24,628 bases of DNA from Deltaproteobacteria bacterium TL4 (GTDB lineage Bacteria > SAR324 > NAC60-12), in NCBI GenBank assembly GCA_051382335.1, contig JBBCAX010000104.1, positions 1-24,628 on the forward strand, read 5' to 3'. Below are positions 9,751 to 17,284 of this stretch, piece by piece. Within the stretch, counting starts at the first letter, position 1. Each line of letters starts with the position of its first letter. A model generated the notes under the pieces. That model saw only the letters and a list, made by a program, of their open reading frames with translations, had not been told where the DNA came from and did not search any database. Made by a program: the position numbers and the translations under genes.

Positions 9751-10497
9751 TCAGAGTCCTTTGAAAGAAGAACTCAACAGGAAGCTCATAGTCCGCTGGT
9801 CATCCGTCAGAATTTCGAGATGATGGTCAAAAAGGACGCGCATCATCATGCAATAAGCCTGAAGTTCATTGGCCAGCCATTTGTCCTGGTTTCTCAGTTT
9901 GAAGCCGAACGGGATTGTAGGTTGCTTCGTATCATTGATATTGGGACGGCTTTTCAGTTCAGCAATAGAAAGCGTACATTGTCTTCGTGTTTCCAGTGCT
10001 TTTATATGTTGAACAAAAAAAGGGGCAAGCTTTTCCCAATCTTTTCCGCCAAATTGCCTGTAAAATTCTTTCGCGGAATGATTCATATTGTCCCAGAAGT
10101 ACTTTTCCAGTTTTGATGATCGATGTTGAATATGCCAATTGAGATCAAAACCTTTTTTAAACCAATGATTTTGATGTCGGAGGCACGATTTAAGAACCGC
10201 CTCAAAAAATAAATCTTCGTCAATTGAAGGTTCTCTGGCCTTTGAGGCCACAGGGTTTTGAGTGTCTTTGGACACAACGTCGTTTTTGTTAGGTTTCGTG
10301 GCTAATTTTGAGACGATTTTTTCATAAGCTGCATTGATTTCCCGGGTTTTCTCTTCCGCCTTTGCCAGTCGTCTGGGGTGACCCGCATGTCGGTCGGGGT
10401 GCCAAATGTGCAATAAATCACGGAAGTTTTCTCGTATTTCTTCAATGGTTGCGTTTTGCTCAACTTCTAATACTTTCAATGCGGTGTCAAAATCCAT
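9751..10497 (-). CDS. J-domain (DnaJ-like, class C) protein with unrecognised C-terminal domain
   Basis: N-terminal ALKVLEV...IEEIRENFRDL...WHPDRH...AEEKTREINAAYE with intact HPD. Confidence 0.9.
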   Translation of the reverse strand: MDFDTALKVLEVEQNATIEEIRENFRDLLHIWHPDRHAGHPRRLAKAEEKTREINAAYEKIVSKLATKPNKNDVVSKDTQNPVASKAREPSIDEDLFFEAVLKSCLRHQNHWFKKGFDLNWHIQHRSSKLEKYFWDNMNHSAKEFYRQFGGKDWEKLAPFFVQHIKALETRRQCTLSIAELKSRPNINDTKQPTIPFGFKLRNQDKWLANELQAYCMMMRVLFDHHLEILTDDQRTMSFLLSSSFKGL

Positions 10498-10607
10498 TGG
10501 AACCTGTGTTCATCCTAACGGTCTATAAAGATTATGCTACTCGTGATTTTTAATGATAATGGACCTAAGCCTATCGAACGGACTCTCTCTTACAGGAATG
10601 CAAAATC

Positions 10608-10937
10608 ATGGAAACTAAAGATTATCTAAAACGATCTAAAGAATTATTCAAGCGGATTGAGGAGAAACTTGATGAATTTGAAGATGAAATTGATTTTGAT
10701 TATGCCTCTGGGAAATTAGATATCAGTTTTGAATCCGGGGGCAATCACATTATTGTGAATACACAGCAAGCCCTACATGAAATTTGGCTTGCTGGTAATG
10801 GGAAAGGATGGCACTTCAAGTACCTTGAAGATCAGGAAATCTGGTATGCCCAGGCGGAACAGGAAGAGTTTTTTCAAGCGTTCGCCAAATTGTTAGGGGC
10901 TCGGTTAAAAAGACGGGTCACTTTTAATCAGTCATAA
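10608..10937 (+). CDS. cyaY: Frataxin-like iron donor protein CyaY
   Basis: 109 aa, acidic N-terminal helix, GKLDISF, IIVNTQ...EIWLA...GWHF frataxin signature. Confidence 0.92.
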   Translation: METKDYLKRSKELFKRIEEKLDEFEDEIDFDYASGKLDISFESGGNHIIVNTQQALHEIWLAGNGKGWHFKYLEDQEIWYAQAEQEEFFQAFAKLLGARLKRRVTFNQS

Positions 10938-10950
10938 AGGAAGAAGAAAC

Positions 10951-12495
10951 GTGTCTCATTACTTGCCTCCATTCGTCGGTTTGATTTGTGGTCTACTGTT
11001 GTTTACCGCCTGTGAAGCGGAACATCCCAAAGCGACAGAACCTGATAGTCCCTCAACCGTCACAGGGACGATGTTTGAACCTCCGCAGGAAATTGAATCA
11101 GGGGCTCAAAAATATTTTGAGAATCCTGTCTCCATTGTCCCTGTAGACTGGAATTACGATCAAAGCAACGATTCCTATCTGGTTGTCAATCCTTTGAGTG
11201 ACCAAGGTCATGGCGTTGAAGCGGATGGAACCATTGCTGTGCTGAACAAACTGAGTCATCCGAGCGGAACGTCGGTCTGGAATGATTTTCTTCAACTGTC
11301 TCAGCCTCTTGCCGCGCTTCCGGAAGCTTCGCTTTCATGGCGTCAACATCTTATCGTCGGACCTTTTAACAGAAATGGCAGTTTTGATCCGGTTTCGACG
11401 CTGGATATGATTATTGTGGATAGCAGTTTACAGCGCGTGGAGGTATGGAAAGGGACGGGGAACCAAAATTTTGAACAAAGTCAATCCTTCAGGGTGGAGT
11501 TGCTTCCCATTTTTGTGGTTTCAGGGCAATGGAATGATGATAATCAGGATGGGGTGATTAATGCTTCAGATTTTCTGGATATCGCTGTGATCAATAAAGG
11601 AGGAAATACACTTTCTGTTTTATTCAATGATGGCTATGCCGCCTTCGCTTCTTATGAAGTCACTCAAAGCTCCGTCGACCTTTATAAGCTTTTGGACAAA
11701 ACGCCCCCTCCTTCAGAGGTTCTGACACAGGTGCAAACCTTGATTGGCCAGCAGTTTACCACTAAAGGCGCCTTTCTTTCCGCATTGACTTCAGTGCTAG
11801 GGGAAGAACTGACGGCACAGTATCAAGAGCAAATCTTTAAGTATACAACGACCATCGTCTTAGAAACGGGGTTGATACCGATGAGAGCCGTGACCGGCGA
11901 TTGGAATCACGATGGAGCTCCCGACTTGGCGACCTTATCCCATGGAGAGTCCAAAATAAAAATATGGCTCAATGAGGGTACAGGAAAATTTACTAAAGTT
12001 GAAAATGAGGTGCTGGTTGAGGCCAGTCCCTCCGATCTCAAAGCAGGAGATTGGGATCATGATGGGGTTCTCGATTTAGCGGTAACCAGTAATAACTCCA
12101 AGCACAAAGTCCTTTCCTTGTTGTATGGTGAGGGGACCGGCCGTTTTGGCCAACGCTATGACCTTCCCGCGGGGAAGGGGCCGGCTTCGATTACTGTCGC
12201 CGATTTCAATGGTGATCAAGTTCCGGATTTTGCGATTGCAAATCAATTCTACTTTGCCACTCAATCGGTTGCCCTGCGGACAGGCGATGTGGTCCTGTTG
12301 TTGAGTAACGGAACCAAGGCTAAAGCTTCCAAAGAAAACCCGCTTTATGTCCAGCATTCGTTTGCCGTAACCTCGGATCCGATGGGCAGTCCTCCCAGTT
12401 ATGTATTCGCAGACGATATAAACCAGGATTCCAAACCTGATTTGATTTTAGCGCTTCCCTACAAAAAAAAGCTATCAATCCTGATTCAAAAATAG
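10951..12495 (+). CDS. FG-GAP/VCBS-repeat (beta-propeller) lipoprotein
   Basis: Lipobox-like LLLFTAC; repeats GDWNHDGAPDLA, GDWDHDGVLDLA, ADFNGDQVPDFA, DDINQDSKPDL; GTG start 13 nt after the cyaY stop. Confidence 0.9.
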   Translation: MSHYLPPFVGLICGLLLFTACEAEHPKATEPDSPSTVTGTMFEPPQEIESGAQKYFENPVSIVPVDWNYDQSNDSYLVVNPLSDQGHGVEADGTIAVLNKLSHPSGTSVWNDFLQLSQPLAALPEASLSWRQHLIVGPFNRNGSFDPVSTLDMIIVDSSLQRVEVWKGTGNQNFEQSQSFRVELLPIFVVSGQWNDDNQDGVINASDFLDIAVINKGGNTLSVLFNDGYAAFASYEVTQSSVDLYKLLDKTPPPSEVLTQVQTLIGQQFTTKGAFLSALTSVLGEELTAQYQEQIFKYTTTIVLETGLIPMRAVTGDWNHDGAPDLATLSHGESKIKIWLNEGTGKFTKVENEVLVEASPSDLKAGDWDHDGVLDLAVTSNNSKHKVLSLLYGEGTGRFGQRYDLPAGKGPASITVADFNGDQVPDFAIANQFYFATQSVALRTGDVVLLLSNGTKAKASKENPLYVQHSFAVTSDPMGSPPSYVFADDINQDSKPDLILALPYKKKLSILIQK

Positions 12496-12715
12496 TAAGT
12501 ACCTCATGAGACGCTCACACCTCCGGTCATTTCAACATATTTTAGTGTTTTTTTGGAGTTTGCGCTAAAGAAAAAAGGAAGGTCTTTCTCTGCGATCGCC
12601 TTTGCTCTTCCTTATGAAAGTTATTGAATCAAACAGCATGGTTGACATTACCCACCCCAAAATGGCAAAAAATAGAATCATGCTCTAAATAGGGGTTCAA
12701 AAGATAATCGGTGTT

Positions 12716-14509
12716 ATGGTAAAGATCACAAGAAAACTCTTTGAGGAGAATCAGGAAATTTTAGCGTACTTGAAGGGATCTCGTTTGTTTGATAATGTCC
12801 CTGATTCTGAATTAAAAAAATTGCTGCCTGTCTCAGAAATAAAGGATTTTGATAAGGACGATGAGATTTTGACAGAAGGCCAAATCAATACTTACGTCTA
12901 TTTTTTAATTAGAGGCGAAGTTTCAGTGTATGCTGAAGGGGAATTCATCATCTCATTACGACGCTCAGGCGATATTTTTGGAGAGATGAGCATTATTAGT
13001 CATAAACCGTGTTCCGCAACGGTTATCGCGGATACTCCGGTTCATCTGTTTTGCGTTCAATCGAAGGATATTGGGGAATACAATGAGTTTGATTCAAGCT
13101 CTTATAAAAATATCCTGTACCGTTTATTTGCCATGATTTTAACAGATAAACTCAGTCTCACCACCCATAAAGCCAAACAATTCGAAAAAGCGAATATTCA
13201 ATTAGCCAAAGTAAAACAGGAACTTCAAGAGACCAATGAAACCTTGGAACAGCGCATTGAAGAACGGACTATCGCGCTGAAAGAAGCAAATCAACAACTT
13301 CAAAGGGAATTATTAGAACGCAAACGCTTGGAGGAAGAGCATTTAAAACTGGAGCATCAGTTGAATCAATCTCAAAAAATGCAGGTTCTCGGTACCTTGG
13401 CCAGTGGCATTGCGCATAATTTTAATAATTTATTAACTCCGATTCTCGGATTTTCAGAGTTAGCCCAAAATCAAATGGAGCCGGAAAGCAAAGCCTATCA
13501 CTTTATTGACCGATCTAAAAACGCGGCCCTTCAGGCGAAGGATCTGGTTTCTCAAATTCAAGTTTATTGTAGAAACAGTGCACTCAAGCGTAATATGCTC
13601 GATCTTTCAAAAAATACTAAAGAAGGAATTGAACTGCTAAAAAGAATGATCCCCAAGAACATTCTCATAAGCACCCATATTTCAGGTAAAATTTTACCCA
13701 TCATGGGAGACGACGCACAATTGAAGCAAGTGTTGATGAATCTTTGTGTTAACGCGACACATGCCATGCCAGAAGGGGGAGAGTTAACCATTACGGTAAG
13801 AGATCTGGAGCGCTATGATTTACTGACCTCTCAACAACATCAAATTTCAGGAGAATTTTTTGTCCTGGAAGTCAAAGATACAGGTCATGGGATGACTGAG
13901 GAAACGATAAAGAAGATTTTTGATCCCTTCTTTACAACTAAAGGTCCTCAGAAAGGGGTAGGACTCGGTCTATCCACATTGCTTGGCATTGTAGAGCAAC
14001 ATCAAGGAGGGGTTGATGTTCAAAGTCAGGTGAACCAGGGAAGTACCTTTACGATCTATCTGCCAACGCTGTATCCTGTTAACGAGGAACTCCTGTTACC
14101 CAAACAAAAAGAACAAAAAGTGCTCCTATCTGAATTTTCGGTTCTACTCATTGATGATGAGGGGGGTATTCTTGAATTTCTTAAGGAGGCTTTAACCCTT
14201 GACACGACATGTACCCACGTAACCGAATCTCTCAGTGCAAAGATGGCTCTGGAACAGCTTAAACAAGATCCTCACGCCTACAATGTCATTGTCACAGACT
14301 ACATGATGCCAGAAATGAATGGGCTCCAATTCACAGAAAAAATAAGAGCCATGGGAATCGAAATTCCTGTGATCATGAGCACAGGTTATGATAGTCTTGA
14401 AGAAGAAGAGCTGAAACAAAGCGGAATTAATGAAGTGATTATTAAACCTTATGAACTCAAAGATTTATTGCAATTGATAGAAAAAGTACTTCAGTCTTCT
14501 AAAACTTGA
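12716..14509 (+). CDS. Cytoplasmic hybrid histidine kinase: cNMP-binding-like domain, coiled coil, HisKA, HATPase_c, REC
   Basis: Crp-like domain (GEVSV...GDIFGEMS); H-box GIAHNFNNLL; N-box QVLMNLCVNA; G1 VKDTGHGM; F-box IFDPFFTTK; G2 GVGLGL; REC LLIDDE...VTDYMMP...IIKP. No TM segment. Confidence 0.95.
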   Translation: MVKITRKLFEENQEILAYLKGSRLFDNVPDSELKKLLPVSEIKDFDKDDEILTEGQINTYVYFLIRGEVSVYAEGEFIISLRRSGDIFGEMSIISHKPCSATVIADTPVHLFCVQSKDIGEYNEFDSSSYKNILYRLFAMILTDKLSLTTHKAKQFEKANIQLAKVKQELQETNETLEQRIEERTIALKEANQQLQRELLERKRLEEEHLKLEHQLNQSQKMQVLGTLASGIAHNFNNLLTPILGFSELAQNQMEPESKAYHFIDRSKNAALQAKDLVSQIQVYCRNSALKRNMLDLSKNTKEGIELLKRMIPKNILISTHISGKILPIMGDDAQLKQVLMNLCVNATHAMPEGGELTITVRDLERYDLLTSQQHQISGEFFVLEVKDTGHGMTEETIKKIFDPFFTTKGPQKGVGLGLSTLLGIVEQHQGGVDVQSQVNQGSTFTIYLPTLYPVNEELLLPKQKEQKVLLSEFSVLLIDDEGGILEFLKEALTLDTTCTHVTESLSAKMALEQLKQDPHAYNVIVTDYMMPEMNGLQFTEKIRAMGIEIPVIMSTGYDSLEEEELKQSGINEVIIKPYELKDLLQLIEKVLQSSKT

Positions 14510-14515
14510 GCGGAG

Positions 14516-15100
14516 TCAGCTCACGCTTTTTTGAAATACGCCAAGATGATCCAGGAAGGTGTCAACGTGAGTCACTCCGTGTTGTTCACAAAAGTGAAAG
14601 AGCATTTTCTGCTGCTTGGCAAAAAATGTTTCCAAGCGCTGTCTTTGATCCATGTTAGCCGTCTGTGCTTGGTGGATTTCATACATAAAAGCAATGATAT
14701 CAAGAACTTTTAGCTCTGTTGCGAACTCTGAATCAGCATGGATTTCCAGGGCCGTTAGAAAATTGTTCTGAATGGTTTCCAGTTGTATTTTGAGATCCTG
14801 CGTTTTTAACCCGGGTAAGATATCTCCGGTTGAGGATTCATGTAAATCATGAGTTAAGGCCAAAAGCATTAATTTATTGCGACGGTTTTCATTGTACTTA
14901 TTAAATTTTGCCCAGTATAATGCTAAAAAGGCGGTGCACATACTGTGTTGTCCCACATTCCAGTTGCCAAATCCTGAAACCGCAAAGGCCCGCGGAATTT
15001 TGAATAAATTCATGGCAACATCCAGGTTAGGATCATTCTGTATTTCAGATAAGTATCCCTGAGGTGTCAAAATGTCGAGTGTTGGTGCGTTGCTTTGCAT
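14516..15100 (-). CDS. HD-domain phosphohydrolase, YfbR/5'-deoxynucleotidase-like
   Basis: KIPR...NVGQHS...LALTHDLHESSTGDI...KVLD pattern matches the YfbR-type R..H...HD..E..TGD...D arrangement. Confidence 0.85.
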   Translation of the reverse strand: MQSNAPTLDILTPQGYLSEIQNDPNLDVAMNLFKIPRAFAVSGFGNWNVGQHSMCTAFLALYWAKFNKYNENRRNKLMLLALTHDLHESSTGDILPGLKTQDLKIQLETIQNNFLTALEIHADSEFATELKVLDIIAFMYEIHQAQTANMDQRQRLETFFAKQQKMLFHFCEQHGVTHVDTFLDHLGVFQKSVS

Positions 15101-15241
15101 GAGTTTCCAAAAAAAATGAGATAATGTTGAAATAGGCGCCTGTCAGCATTGTCTTTTTGAATAAACTCTTGTACAGATAAGATAAAGTCAAATTCTGTTT
15201 TTAGTGGTGATGATGATAAATTTTTTCCATAAAGGTTGGAA

Positions 15242-16600
15242 ATGAGGATTTTTTCGATACGTTTAATGGTCATGCTGTGTCTTGTGCTTCTGAGCGCGAT
15301 AGGGTGTTCCTCAAAAAGTGACAGCGGGGATAGTAAAAAAAGCCCTACCATGGACGACAATTTTGACCCTTCAAAAGATGGCGATTCACAGAATGGATCA
15401 AATCTGAGTAACAGTTGTGGGGTGTGTAGTCCTACCGATGAAAATGCGGGACCCAAACCTGTAGGAACCGAGGCTTCAGGCAATCTCACGGAAACCTGCG
15501 CTAACCGATCCACCAGCTATAGTGCGACGATAGGGAGTTCCCTCGAAATTAAGAACATTAACTGCCCTTCTGAAGCTACAATCACGGTTGGCCAAGAGAC
15601 GAAAGGCGTGAAATTCGACGTTCCCGCGGATACGGTTTCCTTTATCGTTCATCTCTTTAGTCCTGTGACAGGAGACGTCAACGCGGTTATTTCCAGTTTG
15701 ACCTCCCCGAGTTCAACCGAGGTTTTGGCCAGTCTGCTGGGTGCCGGTGTGAATGCGGATTATATGGATTTTCAGGAAGGGTACGCTAATGTGATGGTGC
15801 CTAAAAAACCAGGGGTTCCGATTCCACAAGGAGAATGGTTGTATGAACTTCTCGCTATGACTCGAGCGGTCAATACGGCCGATATTAACATGAAAATTTC
15901 TTTGCGAACTGGTAAAGTTTCCGCTACACCAAACATCAGATTTCAACCCTATCTCTGTTCTACAAATTTTTCCAAAGCAGATCTTCAAGGAGCCTTGGAT
16001 CACGCAAAAAAAATATATTCAGACAATGGAATTAATGCGCTCATCAATCCGGTTTCTATCCTTACGGAAAGTAAGTATTTTGTGATTGATGGAGATTTCA
16101 CCAGTGCGGTTACCGCGGAGTTGGTCGGCAAAGGGAGTTCCAGTACGGTCAACTTGTTCTTTGCGGACGATGTTCAACTTCCAGGACAAGGGCTTTCGTT
16201 ATTGGGGATTGCCTCCGGTTTACCTGGAGCACAAGGCATCGTGGGGAATAGAAATGGTGTGTTGATTGGCTTGGCAAACCATCAACAGTCAGGCAGCCGT
16301 GTTTTAGACCCCATACTTTTAGGTGAAACCGCAGCTCATGAATCCGGACACTTTTTGGGGCTGTTTCATACCACAGAAGGGGATGCTTCCTATCACGATA
16401 TTATTGATGACACCCCGGAGTGTTTTTTGAAAGATGATACTAATCACAACAGGCAATTGGATCCTCACGAGTGTCCTGATGGGGCCAATTTAATGTTTTG
16501 GATTGCGGGAGATGATCCCAAAACGGGACAGCATATTGATCAGAGTCATTTAACTCCAGATCAAATTAAAATGCTTGCAAGCACACCCATTGCGCAGTAA
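15242..16600 (+). CDS. Lipoprotein zinc metalloprotease (metzincin, M43/pappalysin-like)
   Basis: Lipobox-like LSAIGC followed by a Ser/Asp-rich linker; AHESGHFLGLFHT (HExxHxxGxxH); DTPEC and Met-turn NLMFW. Confidence 0.88.
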   Translation: MRIFSIRLMVMLCLVLLSAIGCSSKSDSGDSKKSPTMDDNFDPSKDGDSQNGSNLSNSCGVCSPTDENAGPKPVGTEASGNLTETCANRSTSYSATIGSSLEIKNINCPSEATITVGQETKGVKFDVPADTVSFIVHLFSPVTGDVNAVISSLTSPSSTEVLASLLGAGVNADYMDFQEGYANVMVPKKPGVPIPQGEWLYELLAMTRAVNTADINMKISLRTGKVSATPNIRFQPYLCSTNFSKADLQGALDHAKKIYSDNGINALINPVSILTESKYFVIDGDFTSAVTAELVGKGSSSTVNLFFADDVQLPGQGLSLLGIASGLPGAQGIVGNRNGVLIGLANHQQSGSRVLDPILLGETAAHESGHFLGLFHTTEGDASYHDIIDDTPECFLKDDTNHNRQLDPHECPDGANLMFWIAGDDPKTGQHIDQSHLTPDQIKMLASTPIAQ

Positions 16601-16664
16601 TTTTATGTGTGGTAAGTAAGGACAGAACCTATCAGTGAAATATTTATCAAGCGAAAGAGGAAGT

Positions 16665-17270
16665 ATGAAAGTAACTATAAAGGGAAAGAACCGAATCCTG
16701 TTGCTGTGTTGGCTCCTGATCAGCATCAATCTATGGGTACAAACGGCGTTTGCGGCACCAACCAAGCAGGAAGTTCAAGCCTTGCTGTTGGGGTATGAAT
16801 GGCAATTGAACCCTGAACTTTTTAAAAATCTCGGGCCTGATACGGATTTGGTGCTCATGGAAATCATTAACGATCCTCAGCCTACCTTGAATTATATCAT
16901 CAATCGAGCACTGATCACTTTAAGACTCTATCAGAACGAGAGGGTTGCCCAATTTTTAGAAGCGTACATTGAAAAAGGCGTTCCTTCTTCAACGGTTCGT
17001 CGAGCCATCGATTCCTTTGCGCGGGCATTTAAGGACGCGGAGCCTCAACGAGTGCAGAAATCCGCTGAAAGGTTATTGACGCACTCCGATCCTCACACTC
17101 AAATTGCCGCGGCTCGTATTTTGAAAAGCCTCAATACCTCGGCTTCAACTCAAACGTATCAACGCTATATGAGAACAAGCATGGAAGATTGGCAACGAAC
17201 GGCCATTCAAAAGGAGGACTCGGACGAATGGACGCTTGAGCGTGGGATTTTGAGGAAAAAGCAAAAATAA
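16665..17270 (+). CDS. Exported helical (HEAT-like) hypothetical protein
   Basis: GAGGA ribosome-binding site before ATG 16665; signal peptide ending AFA-A; HEAT-like segments (RALITLR..., LLTHSDPHTQIAAARIL). Confidence 0.75.
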   Translation: MKVTIKGKNRILLLCWLLISINLWVQTAFAAPTKQEVQALLLGYEWQLNPELFKNLGPDTDLVLMEIINDPQPTLNYIINRALITLRLYQNERVAQFLEAYIEKGVPSSTVRRAIDSFARAFKDAEPQRVQKSAERLLTHSDPHTQIAAARILKSLNTSASTQTYQRYMRTSMEDWQRTAIQKEDSDEWTLERGILRKKQK

Positions 17271-17284
17271 CCAAACGTCCAGGC

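Noticed and set aside
9640..10116. 158-aa plus-strand ORF
   Set aside because: Mostly antisense to the J-domain gene; no motif.
12642..12678. Sigma70 promoter for the kinase (TTGACA...TAGAAT)
   Set aside because: Spacing is about 25 nt, incompatible with 16-18 nt.
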